Source: Dehalococcoidia bacterium (GTDB lineage: Bacteria; Chloroflexota; Dehalococcoidia; Bin125). From it: a stretch of 64,000 bases of DNA. Each line of letters starts with the position of its first letter. Within the stretch, counting starts at the first letter, position 1. Positions 39,050 through 48,181 of the stretch are shown here, in pieces. The notes beneath the pieces were generated by a model. That model was not told the DNA's origin, made no database searches, and saw nothing but the letters and a program-made list of their open reading frames with translations. Location: the NCBI GenBank assembly GCA_963555985.3, contig OY820591.1:2112001-2176000 (forward strand). Direction: 5' to 3'. Both the position numbers and the translations under genes were made by a program.

Positions 39050-40956
39050 CGCCCGCAGCGAGCAAGATTCGGCTGCACCGGCGTCTCGAACAGGCCGTCG
39101 AGGTCGAAAGTGGAGGTATAGCGGCGGTCGGGATTGTCGCGCTCGTGAGCCTCAACAGTGAACACGCCATCGGCCCGGGCTGCCCACGCCAGTTGTGAGA
39201 TCAAGTCACGGGCGTCTTCTCGCCCTGTCCATTTGTATTCGGTATCGCCCCAGCTTCCCCAACCCGAGCGCCACTCTTCGCTCTGCACCTCGCCACCGTC
39301 GATACGGTACAGAATCGTCCAGTCCAAGTCGGCCTCAACCTGCCAATAGATATCCACTTCCAGCCGATCACTCCCGCACTGAACAGACAGTCGCGCTTCA
39401 CGACCGGTCTGGCCGATCGCAGTGTCCATCGCGACAAAAGAACGAAAATCGCCGCTCTCCTCATCGGCGTATGCGCCCCACCACATCTCATCATCACCGC
39501 CCCAACCGATGTACAACCCTGACATCTCTTCGTCGAGTCCTCCTAACATCGCGCCCGATGCTGCGTCGCACAAATCAGGCCAACTGCCCTCCAATCGTGG
39601 ACTACAGAACAGTTCGCCAATTGCGCCGCTCGCCTCACTATGCCTGGCTCGTACTGGTGGACGCGACGCAATCTCAATGCCGTAGCGCTTCGCCTCATCT
39701 CGGGCAGCATCGACATCAGCGATCGGGAAGTAACGTTCCCACAGACTGAGCAACATGGCGGTGAACGCACCGCCGTGCCCGGCATCCCTCACGCTTGCCT
39801 GATCGACGATCGAATGGGCTAACTCGTGGACGACTGCGCCCAGGTTACGAACCTCCGTACCGAGTGTAATCTCGTCCCGACTGGCGTGACCGTGAGATTG
39901 TTCGCTGCTGAATCGGACCGTCGGCGGAGTGCTGCGAGGAAAGTAGTCGGCGAAGATCGCGTTCACGACTCCTTGCGCCTCCGAGCGAGTTACATCGATC
40001 TGATCCAACGATGTACCGATCTGTCGCGACTCCCAAGCGTAGGCGGCATTCTGTTGCACATCACAATCGGACGTCGGACAGATTGTGACCAGCGGAGCGC
40101 TCCCGTGACATCCCTCAGATGCAGTGTCCACAAGGATGTGCTCAGTCAGAATGTCAAGATCCAGCACTCCGCAACGAGTGCGATAAGTCCGCCCGTCAAC
40201 CTCAAGGTCAAACTCGCCGTCGCGCGTCGTGATCGATGCCCCGCGCCGCAATTCGCCGAAGGCGTGCCCAGACAACGGAGGCAACTGGAAAGCAGAAGTG
40301 AATCGCCAGGTATTGCGGGAGAGTCCGGTCAGCACCGGGCGTGTCGGCTGGCGCAACGCCTCCCATTGACCGTCACCCAGACGCTGTACGCCCAACTCGA
40401 TCCCGCCTGTTGAGAGGCGCCGCGCCGAGATCCGGAGCACTTGTGTGCCGACATCGGTTGGATTGGCCAACTCAGGCGGTTCCACAGTGACGACGTCTTC
40501 GCAGTTCCGCGTGCCGGTCTGCATCTCCAGCCCATCGTCGTTAAGCGACAGGATCAGTCGCCCGCAGCGAGCGTGGTAGCGAGTATCGCCGAGCGTAACC
40601 GTGAATTGCTCCGGTCCCGCCTCGTTGGACCATCCTCGATTGAGCACACTGATCTCGGCTCTAGCTTGGACAACCTCGATTTCAACGCCTGAAGTGGTGT
40701 GCCAACGATCGGCGACGGCCGCGGCCGACAATATGTTTCGCGTCGGCGTTGCGAATCGCCAGCGACCGTCCACGCGGTATTGCAGCCCCACCGACACAGA
40801 GCCGTCGGCATTGGCGCGAGCCGCGAGCCTGATCTCCGCGCCGACCGGAGCCGACTCCGCTCCACTACGGATCGGAACGAACAGCAGCCCCCCGCCGATC
40901 AGGACGACAATCGCCACGATCCAGACGAAGCGAGGCTGGCACGGAACGGAACGCAT
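39046..40956 (-). CDS. Secreted multidomain protein with two copies of the shared module and an HExxH metallopeptidase-like domain
   Basis: TM/signal WIVAIVVLIGGGLLF; VHELAH..GHGGAF; start overlaps the upstream stop (TGATG). Confidence 0.7.
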   Translation of the reverse strand: MRSVPCQPRFVWIVAIVVLIGGGLLFVPIRSGAESAPVGAEIRLAARANADGSVSVGLQYRVDGRWRFATPTRNILSAAAVADRWHTTSGVEIEVVQARAEISVLNRGWSNEAGPEQFTVTLGDTRYHARCGRLILSLNDDGLEMQTGTRNCEDVVTVEPPELANPTDVGTQVLRISARRLSTGGIELGVQRLGDGQWEALRQPTRPVLTGLSRNTWRFTSAFQLPPLSGHAFGELRRGASITTRDGEFDLEVDGRTYRTRCGVLDLDILTEHILVDTASEGCHGSAPLVTICPTSDCDVQQNAAYAWESRQIGTSLDQIDVTRSEAQGVVNAIFADYFPRSTPPTVRFSSEQSHGHASRDEITLGTEVRNLGAVVHELAHSIVDQASVRDAGHGGAFTAMLLSLWERYFPIADVDAARDEAKRYGIEIASRPPVRARHSEASGAIGELFCSPRLEGSWPDLCDAASGAMLGGLDEEMSGLYIGWGGDDEMWWGAYADEESGDFRSFVAMDTAIGQTGREARLSVQCGSDRLEVDIYWQVEADLDWTILYRIDGGEVQSEEWRSGWGSWGDTEYKWTGREDARDLISQLAWAARADGVFTVEAHERDNPDRRYTSTFDLDGLFETPVQPNLARCGR

Positions 40957-41723
40957 CAATCGCCCGCAATCACCCCCGCCAACGCCGACGCCGCGTCCGA
41001 CTCCAAATGATGACCACCCGCGATCTCCACCAACTCCGCATCTCCCAACAACTCCACGTACTGCTGCGCGCACGCCGACGGCACCACCGTGTCCTCCGAC
41101 CCTCGCACGACCAGCGTCTTCACTCGCACGTTCGGCAGCAGATGCGGCAGCGTCTGCGAGTACAGGAAGGGCCGCCACGCCGTCCGCGCCGTCATCTCAC
41201 GATTCGCGTCCCACGCGATCAGCTGCTCCGTACTCGGATCCTCCCCATACAGTTCGTCGAAGTTCGCGGGATCGGCAAAGCAGGACTTCACGTAGTCCGC
41301 GTGCGCCTCGAGGAATTGATCCCGAATCTCCCCCTCATTCGGCTGCAAACCCATTGGATTCACCAGCACCAGACCATCCAGCCGCGCCTGATTGAACGTA
41401 GCCATCTCTACGGCGAGGTACGCGCCGAAACCAAGACCCACCAGGGTCGCCCGATCAACCTCAAGCGCGTCCAGCAGCAGCGACGTCACCGCCGCCAGAT
41501 CACGCACCGAGCGCATCCAGTCCCCCCGCTGCGTCCCGTCCCAGCCGGGCAGCGTGGGCAGGATCACGTCGTGCGTCTGCGACAGCTGCTGATGAAACGC
41601 GAGCCAGCCGGGATTCCCGGTCTCATGGTGGATCACCAGCGCGACCGGTCCCGCTCCGGCCCGCAGCACGCTGATCGGCAAGCCCGCGACTTCAACGGTG
41701 GTTTCGGCTGGAGCGTCTGACAT
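40956..41723 (-). CDS. Alpha/beta hydrolase-fold protein lacking the nucleophile Ser
   Basis: LPGWDGT, GLGFG in place of GxSxG, GSEDTVVP, GH. Confidence 0.82.
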   Translation of the reverse strand: MSDAPAETTVEVAGLPISVLRAGAGPVALVIHHETGNPGWLAFHQQLSQTHDVILPTLPGWDGTQRGDWMRSVRDLAAVTSLLLDALEVDRATLVGLGFGAYLAVEMATFNQARLDGLVLVNPMGLQPNEGEIRDQFLEAHADYVKSCFADPANFDELYGEDPSTEQLIAWDANREMTARTAWRPFLYSQTLPHLLPNVRVKTLVVRGSEDTVVPSACAQQYVELLGDAELVEIAGGHHLESDAASALAGVIAGD

Positions 41724-41857
41724 CTGCCACTCTCGTCTCTGTTCGATCTGACCACGATCTGCGTTCGGTTCCGACGGCATGGTAAGGCAGAAGCCCGGCT
41801 CCCCCGCGCTGATACCCTCGCGGGCAGCGGATCGGCAAGCTGAGGAAGGGCAAGGCC

Positions 41858-44422
41858 ATGGCAGCGACGGCAACCCCGGAGACCCTGAACGTATTGACGG
41901 AAGCGGAAGCGCAGGCGCGAGCGGCGCAGATTTCGGACGTGTCCTACGAGCTCGCCCTGAGCATCCAGGCCGGCTCAGAGACCTACGACGGCGAACTCAC
42001 CGCGCGTTTCAGCCACGCCGCTCCGGCGGACGGCACCTTCCTCGAATGCACCTCCAAGACAATTCACTCGCTCAGCGTGAACGGCGCAGCCGCTGACGTC
42101 CGCCACGAGCGCAACCGCCTCTACCTGGATGGCGCGTCGCTCGCGGCTGAGAACGAGGTCGTGATCTCCTACACCAACGACTACGACCACATCGGCGCCG
42201 GGCTGCACCAGTTCGTCGATCCCGAAGACGACCGCGAGTACCTCTACACCCACTTCGAGCCGTATGACGCTCACCGCCTCCTCCCCTGCTTCGACCAGCC
42301 CGACATCAAGGCGACCCTCGATCTCACCGTGACCGCGCCCTCCGAATGGCAGGTCGTCGCCAACTATCCGCCGACAGAATCGAACCCAGCCGAACAAGGC
42401 CGAACACGGCACGCCTTCACCACCACGCCGCGCATCTCTACCTATCTGTTCGCGCTGGTGGCCGGGCCGTACGTCCGCTTCGAGGATGCCTGGGAAGACG
42501 TCTCGCTCGGAGTCCTCTGCCGCGAGTCGATCGCGCCACACTTCGACGCGGACGAGTTCTTCGAGGTCACCCGCCAGGGTCTGACCTTCTTCTCCGACTT
42601 CTTCGACTTCCGCTACCCCTTCGACAAGTACGACCAGGTATTCGTGCCCGAATTCAACATGGGCGCGATGGAGAACGTCGGCTGTATCACCTTCTCTGAG
42701 CGCATGATCTTCCGCGACCCTCCGACCGAGTTGCAGCGTCTCAACCGGGCTGAGGTCGTGCTCCACGAGATGGCCCATATGTGGTTCGGCGATCTCGTCA
42801 CGATGCGTTGGTGGAACGACCTCTGGCTGAACGAGTCGTTCGCCACCTACATGGCCTACCTCTCGATGGAACACGCCACCCGCTGGTCGAATTCCGCCTG
42901 GTCCGCCTTCCACGCGCGGATGAAGGCCTGGGCTTACGAGCAGGATCAGCTCCCGACCACCCACCCGATCGCGGGCGAAGTGCCCGACACCGACGCCACC
43001 TTCCTCAACTTCGACGGGATCACCTACGGCAAGGGCGCAGCCGTGCTCAAGCAACTCGTCGCCTTCCTCGGCGCGGACGGCTTCCGCGAGGGGATGCGCG
43101 ACTACTTCCGCACCCACGCCTGGGGCAATACGACCCTCGCCGACTTCCTCGCCGCGCTCGAACGCGGCTCCGGCCGCGAACTCGGGCGCTGGTCGGAGGC
43201 CTGGCTCGAAACCGCCGGCGTCAACACGATCGCGCCCCAGTGGGATGTGGCCGAAGGCGCGGTCAACTCCTTCACGATCCAGCAGACCGCTCCGGCCGAT
43301 CACCCAACCCTGCGCCCTCATCGCACCGAAATCGCCGTCTACGACCGCGCGGACGACGGCCCGCAATTGCGCGACGCCCAGCCCGTCGACATCGACGGTG
43401 CAGCCACCATCATCGAGGAGCTCTCCGGCGCGCCCGCGCCCGCAGCCGTCTTCCCCAATCACGACGACCACGCCTTCGCCAAGATCGCCCTCGACCAACG
43501 CTCGCTCGAATTCGTCCAAGCCGAACTCGATCGCTTCCCCGACAGCTTCCAGCGCCTCCTGCTCTGGCACACGCTCTGGGACATGGTCCGCGACCAACAA
43601 TTCTCCGCAGCCGACTACGCCTCCCTCTGCACCGAGAAGCTGGCCGCCGAAGACACCCTGGAGATCGCCCAAACCGTCGCCTACAACGCGCTCCACGCCG
43701 TCGGCTCGTATCTGCCCGAGGCGATGCGGCTCGACAGCGCCGCCCAGCTCTACCAGTTCGCCCGCGCTCAGCTCTTCGCCGCGACCGAGCCGGACTTCCG
43801 CATCATGTGGTCGCGCGTGATGATTGGCGCGGCGCAGAACGTCGAGCACATCAACGAGGCGCTGCAACTGGTCGACGAAGGCACCGGCATTGACGGCTAC
43901 GAACTCGATCAGGACATGCGCTGGTCGCTGATCACCAAGGCCACCGCCTACGGAATTCCAGGAGGCTTCGAGCGCCTGGAGGCCGAATTGGAGCGCGACG
44001 GCTCCGACCGCGGCCGCCGCGCCGCCGAACAAATCCGAACCTCGCGCCCCGACCCCGAAGTCAAAGCCGCCGCCTGGACTCGCTACCAGGAAGACGCCGA
44101 GACCTCCCTGCAAATGCTCACCGCCTCCATGCACGGCTTCTGGTGGCGTCCCCAGGCGGAGCTCCTGGAGAGCTACACCGATCGCTTCTTCAATGAAATC
44201 CGCAGCGTCTTCGACAAGCGCGACAAGGAGTACGCCTCCCGCTTCTTCGGCGCTCTCTACCCGGGCCAGATGTCCCCCTCGGACATCGTGATTGACCGCT
44301 CCGAAGCCCTCCTCGCCGAGCTCGGAGGCGACCTCGTGATCCTCTCCCGCCCCCTCCGAGAAGCCCTCGACGAAGCCCGCCGCGCCCGAGCCTGCCAAGA
44401 GTTCGCCGCCGCCAATGCCTAG
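41858..44422 (+). CDS. pepN: Aminopeptidase N (M1)
   Basis: GAMEN, HEMAHMWFG..WLNESFA, ITYGKG. Confidence 0.96.
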   Translation: MAATATPETLNVLTEAEAQARAAQISDVSYELALSIQAGSETYDGELTARFSHAAPADGTFLECTSKTIHSLSVNGAAADVRHERNRLYLDGASLAAENEVVISYTNDYDHIGAGLHQFVDPEDDREYLYTHFEPYDAHRLLPCFDQPDIKATLDLTVTAPSEWQVVANYPPTESNPAEQGRTRHAFTTTPRISTYLFALVAGPYVRFEDAWEDVSLGVLCRESIAPHFDADEFFEVTRQGLTFFSDFFDFRYPFDKYDQVFVPEFNMGAMENVGCITFSERMIFRDPPTELQRLNRAEVVLHEMAHMWFGDLVTMRWWNDLWLNESFATYMAYLSMEHATRWSNSAWSAFHARMKAWAYEQDQLPTTHPIAGEVPDTDATFLNFDGITYGKGAAVLKQLVAFLGADGFREGMRDYFRTHAWGNTTLADFLAALERGSGRELGRWSEAWLETAGVNTIAPQWDVAEGAVNSFTIQQTAPADHPTLRPHRTEIAVYDRADDGPQLRDAQPVDIDGAATIIEELSGAPAPAAVFPNHDDHAFAKIALDQRSLEFVQAELDRFPDSFQRLLLWHTLWDMVRDQQFSAADYASLCTEKLAAEDTLEIAQTVAYNALHAVGSYLPEAMRLDSAAQLYQFARAQLFAATEPDFRIMWSRVMIGAAQNVEHINEALQLVDEGTGIDGYELDQDMRWSLITKATAYGIPGGFERLEAELERDGSDRGRRAAEQIRTSRPDPEVKAAAWTRYQEDAETSLQMLTASMHGFWWRPQAELLESYTDRFFNEIRSVFDKRDKEYASRFFGALYPGQMSPSDIVIDRSEALLAELGGDLVILSRPLREALDEARRARACQEFAAANA

Positions 44423-44430
44423 CAGCGCGT

Positions 44431-44590
44431 CTCTCCCTCCTCCCCCTTGAGGAGACCTGCGCGTAATCCCAAATTCCGTCATTCCCGCGCAGGCGGGAAT
44501 CCATGCAGCGCGTCTAGCGGCATCTGGATTCCCGCTTGCGCAGACCGTCGCAACCCCCACTTCCGTCATTCCTGCGTAGGCAGGAATCTC
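44431..44590. repeat. Composite repeat: truncated family-B, MITE end and family-A arms
   Basis: CTCCCCCTTGA|GGAGACCTGCGCGTAATC..CGTCATTCCCGCGCAGGCGGGAATCCA..CGTCATTCCTGCGTAGGCAGGAATCTC. Confidence 0.75.
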
Positions 44591-44771
44591 GAACCTCCCA
44601 AGTATGAAGCCACTCCCAATCTGGTCGTACCACCAACCCTCACATCACGCGATCCGATCCTCCAAGCTCCAACGCACCCACAAGATCCTGCCCCCGCGAA
44701 GACGGGAGTCAGAGAGGACGAAAACACCCCACCAAGAACCACCCACCACGATCGCATACCCTAGCCACGTT

Positions 44772-45644
44772 ATGCAAAGCTTCGTCGCCCTCGACGTAGA
44801 GACCGCAAACCCCAACTTCGCCTCGATCTGCGCGGTCGGCGCAGCTCGATTCGACGACGGTGCAGTGGTCGATCAGCTCTACCAGCTGGTCGATCCGCGC
44901 GACGTGTTCGGCGCGCAACACGTCCGCATTCACGGAATTCAAGCCACCGACGTGATCGGACAGCCAGTGTTCCGCGAAATCGCCCCGGAACTGGAAACGT
45001 TCGTCAACGGCAGCGTCGTAGTCCACCACGGACACTTCGACCGCAACGCGATTACGCAAGCGTCGCAGCGCTGGAAGCTGCCGCCGCCGCGTTGGGACTG
45101 GCTCGATTCGGCCCAGACCGCACGGCGAGCCTGGCCCCAGTTCGCGCAACGAGATTACAACCTGGTCAACGTGTGCCGAACAATCGGCTACGAGTTCCAG
45201 CATCACAATGCGCTTGAGGACGCGAAAGCGGCGGGCGAGGTGGTGTTGGCCGCCTCGCGGCGCTTGGGCGTGGAGAGCTTGGCTGCGCTGGCGCAGGCCT
45301 GCGATCATACGCCGGTGCTGACTCGTCCGCCCGAGTGGCAGCGCGGACTCTGGCCGGAGCATGATCAACGCCTGCGCGGGCAGGTCGTCGTCTTCGCCTC
45401 CGACGTGGAGCCGGCCCGCCGCGAGCGGATGATCGAGTCGATTCGGCTGCATGGCGCTGAAGTCTTGGGCAAGCTCTCGAAGCGTGTGACGCTCCTGGTC
45501 GTGAGCGATCAAGCCTTGCGCACGAATCGCGCCTCCGCACGGAGCAGCCAGCACCGCCGCGCCGAGCAGTGGATCCGGGACGGGCATCAGATTCGGATCG
45601 TGGCCGAAACCACGCTGGCGCTCGAACTGAAAGGACGGCGCTGA
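44772..45644 (+). CDS. DEDDh 3'-5' exonuclease (DnaQ-like) with a C-terminal BRCT-like domain
   Basis: ALDVETAN, FDR, HHNALEDA; GQVVVF...SKRVTLLVV. Confidence 0.88.
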   Translation: MQSFVALDVETANPNFASICAVGAARFDDGAVVDQLYQLVDPRDVFGAQHVRIHGIQATDVIGQPVFREIAPELETFVNGSVVVHHGHFDRNAITQASQRWKLPPPRWDWLDSAQTARRAWPQFAQRDYNLVNVCRTIGYEFQHHNALEDAKAAGEVVLAASRRLGVESLAALAQACDHTPVLTRPPEWQRGLWPEHDQRLRGQVVVFASDVEPARRERMIESIRLHGAEVLGKLSKRVTLLVVSDQALRTNRASARSSQHRRAEQWIRDGHQIRIVAETTLALELKGRR

Positions 45645-45645
45645 G

Positions 45646-46434
45646 ATGACACAGCCGATCCGCATCTCCGCCTGCTACACCTACCCCGTCAAAGGCATGA
45701 CCGCCCACTCCGTGGACTCCCTCCAACTCCAACCCGGACAGTCCGTGCTGGGCGACCGCGCCTTCGTCTTCGCTTTCGGCAACGCCGAGGTCATCGGCGC
45801 ACACGGCTGGGTCTCCAAGCGTCAGTCGGTCACGATGCTCAACACGCCCTACTTGGCGCTGGTCGAAGCCGGTTGGGACCCCGGCGAGCGCGTGCTCTCG
45901 ATCAGCCTGCGCGGACAATCCAAGTCCGCCCAGGTCGACGATCCCGCCGCCCGCGTCGAGATCGCCGAATGGTTCACCAACGTAGTACTCGGACTACCAG
46001 AAAATCCCCTCCGCGGCCGCCCCGAACGCGAACCCCTGCGCCTGCTCGGAGACGGCGAAAGCCGCTTCACCGACCGCGGCCCCACCCAAATCTCACTCGG
46101 AGCCTCCTCGTCCCTGGCCGATCTGTCCCGGCACGCCGGCGTAGACGTCGACTTCCGCCGCTTCCGCCTCAACTTTGAGGTGGACGATATCGACGCCTGG
46201 GGCGAAATGGACTGGGTCGGCAAACAAGCCCAAATCGGAGCCGACGTAGTCATCGACGTCACCGCCCCGATCCAGCGCTGCAACGCCATCAACGCCTCCC
46301 CCGTCGGAGCCGGCCGCGATGTAGAGCTGATGCAAGTCCTCCAACGCGCGTACGGACACCTCAACTTCGGCATCGAAGCCAACGTCCTCAAAGGCGGCGC
46401 CATCTCCGTCGGCGACGAAATCGTGCTCGCCTAA
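45646..46434 (+). CDS. MOSC-domain protein
   Basis: YPVKG, GDRAF, RRFRLN, RCNA, VGD. Confidence 0.88.
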   Translation: MTQPIRISACYTYPVKGMTAHSVDSLQLQPGQSVLGDRAFVFAFGNAEVIGAHGWVSKRQSVTMLNTPYLALVEAGWDPGERVLSISLRGQSKSAQVDDPAARVEIAEWFTNVVLGLPENPLRGRPEREPLRLLGDGESRFTDRGPTQISLGASSSLADLSRHAGVDVDFRRFRLNFEVDDIDAWGEMDWVGKQAQIGADVVIDVTAPIQRCNAINASPVGAGRDVELMQVLQRAYGHLNFGIEANVLKGGAISVGDEIVLA

Positions 46435-46466
46435 CACGCCCTCATTCACTTCCCAACAACTCCTTG

Positions 46467-46507
46467 ATCTCCCCCTTGAGGGGGAGATGCCGGAGGCAGA
46501 GGGGGTG
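46467..46507 (+). repeat. Family-B repeat
   Basis: ATCTCCCCCTTGAGGGGGAGATGCCGGAGGCAGAGGGGG. Confidence 0.85.
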
Positions 46508-46666
46508 AAACGCCGCACTCCGCTCTACGAAGCCGCTAACCCAAACTGTCACCCTTGCAACACCCCGACCAACCCGGTCCCGCCACAGAACACCAGTACA
46601 TATAAGATCGACCGCAGCCAACGCCGCACCCACAACCAACGGAACCCGCCATGACCGCAGCAACAG

Positions 46667-46757
46667 ACCTGGACAAACCTGGACTCGCATCTCAATTCCG
46701 CTCAAAACACCCTCGAAATCTAGCCGGATCTGGACGGATCTGGACTTTTCCGGACTA
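46667..46757 (+). repeat. 10-bp-phased CTGGAC array
   Basis: acctggacaa/acctggactc ... atctggacgg/atctggactt/ttccggacta. Confidence 0.7.
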
Positions 46758-46873
46758 CCTGCCGCCGAATTCCCCGCCCACGACGGCAAATTCGCCCCGT
46801 CCAACCACAAATCCCGCGACCGGCCCTACCTGACCAACCCTTGCCCGACCCGAGCAGGCTCTAGGCTGTCGGC

Positions 46874-47629
46874 ATGGAGCGGTTTCCGGAGCAGTCCTGG
46901 GACCCGTGCGACCCGCGCACGGAGGAGCGGCTGCTGACTGCAACCGTCACCGACGGCGCCCGCATCCCCTACGCCTCCAACTACGTCTTCCTGCTCGAAC
47001 TCTCCCACCCCGGCGCCGACGCGCTCGGCTACGCCGTCTACAAACCCGCCAAAGGCGAAAACCCGCTCTGGGATTTCCCCGCCAACCTCTACCGCCGCGA
47101 AGTCGCCGCCTACCGCCTCTCCGAAGCGCTCGGCTGGGCCCTCATTCCCCCAACGGTCGAACGCGCCGACGGTCTCGAATACGGCGTCGGCTCGCTCCAG
47201 GCCTACGTCCCCACCGACTATCGCCGCACCTTCTTCGAACTCCGCGACGACTACGCCGAGGTGATGCGCCGCTTCGCCCTCTTCGACTGGCTCGCCAACA
47301 ACGCCGACCGCAAGGGCGGACACGTTCTCCTCGGAGCAGGCGACCACCTCTGGGGCATCGACAACGGCCTCTGCTTCCACGTCGACGAGAAGCTCCGAAC
47401 CGTGATCTGGGACTACGCCGGAGAGCCGATCCCACCCGAGCAGTTGGCCGACGTCGAGCGTCTCCTCACCGAGCTCGCAACCAGCGGCTCCGCCCACACG
47501 CGGCTCTCCGGCCTGCTCAGCGACGATGAGCTCGGTCTCCTCGCCGCCCGCGCCAAGCGCGCCTTGGAGCATGGTTGCTTGCCGGAACCGCCTGCCGGCC
47601 GCCGCTCCTACCCCTGGCCGCTGGTCTGA
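46874..47629 (+). CDS. SCO1664-family PI3/PI4-kinase-like protein
   Basis: VYKP..GE.PLWDFP, REVAAY, NNADRKGGH, IDNGLCF. Confidence 0.9.
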   Translation: MERFPEQSWDPCDPRTEERLLTATVTDGARIPYASNYVFLLELSHPGADALGYAVYKPAKGENPLWDFPANLYRREVAAYRLSEALGWALIPPTVERADGLEYGVGSLQAYVPTDYRRTFFELRDDYAEVMRRFALFDWLANNADRKGGHVLLGAGDHLWGIDNGLCFHVDEKLRTVIWDYAGEPIPPEQLADVERLLTELATSGSAHTRLSGLLSDDELGLLAARAKRALEHGCLPEPPAGRRSYPWPLV

Positions 47630-48174
47630 CCCACACGCCGTCGCACCCACGAGAGCGCAACGCTCGCTCCCACCGCAAACGCGCCTGCGAGCGCATTGAA
47701 GAGCATGTCGGTCGGATCGAAAACGCGGCTCGGAATAACCGCCTGCACGCCCTCGTCGAGCAGGCCGAGCGCGGCTGTCGCCAGGATCGCGAGGAGCGGC
47801 GGAGCGACAACGCGACCGCCTTGCGACTTGCGCTCGGACAGCGCCTCGTAGACCAACACTCCCAGCACCCCGAACTCGATCAGGTGCGAGCGCTCCGCGA
47901 GCGTCAGGCGCAGGAGCACCAGCAGGTAAACCGCTGCCAGTCCCAGCCAGAGGGCGACCTCCACGCCTCTCGGCCGCGCCCGTACGCCCTGGGCCAAGAC
48001 CGTCGCGCCAACGAGCGCGATCATGCCCGCGAACAACGCCGCCTCCAGCAGCCTCCGCTCTCCCAACACATCCACCAACACGCCGGCCAGACCAAGCGTC
48101 GAGAAGATCGCCGCCACGACCGCCAGCACCCACAGCCACAAGCGCCGCTCGCGGCGGCTGCGAAAGATCGGCAC
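47608..48174 (-). CDS. VanZ-family membrane protein
   Basis: ERSHLIEFG, DEGVQ..IPSR.FD..D...N. Confidence 0.82.
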   Translation of the reverse strand: MPIFRSRRERRLWLWVLAVVAAIFSTLGLAGVLVDVLGERRLLEAALFAGMIALVGATVLAQGVRARPRGVEVALWLGLAAVYLLVLLRLTLAERSHLIEFGVLGVLVYEALSERKSQGGRVVAPPLLAILATAALGLLDEGVQAVIPSRVFDPTDMLFNALAGAFAVGASVALSWVRRRVGQTSGQG

Positions 48175-48181
48175 CCGAGCC

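Noticed and set aside
41975-44569. 864-aa antisense ORF, and similar long shadow ORFs (10045-11538, 8096-9298, 13922-15217, 48023-49372)
   Set aside because: They mirror genes with clear motifs on the other strand, as expected from high-GC codon bias, and have no motifs of their own.
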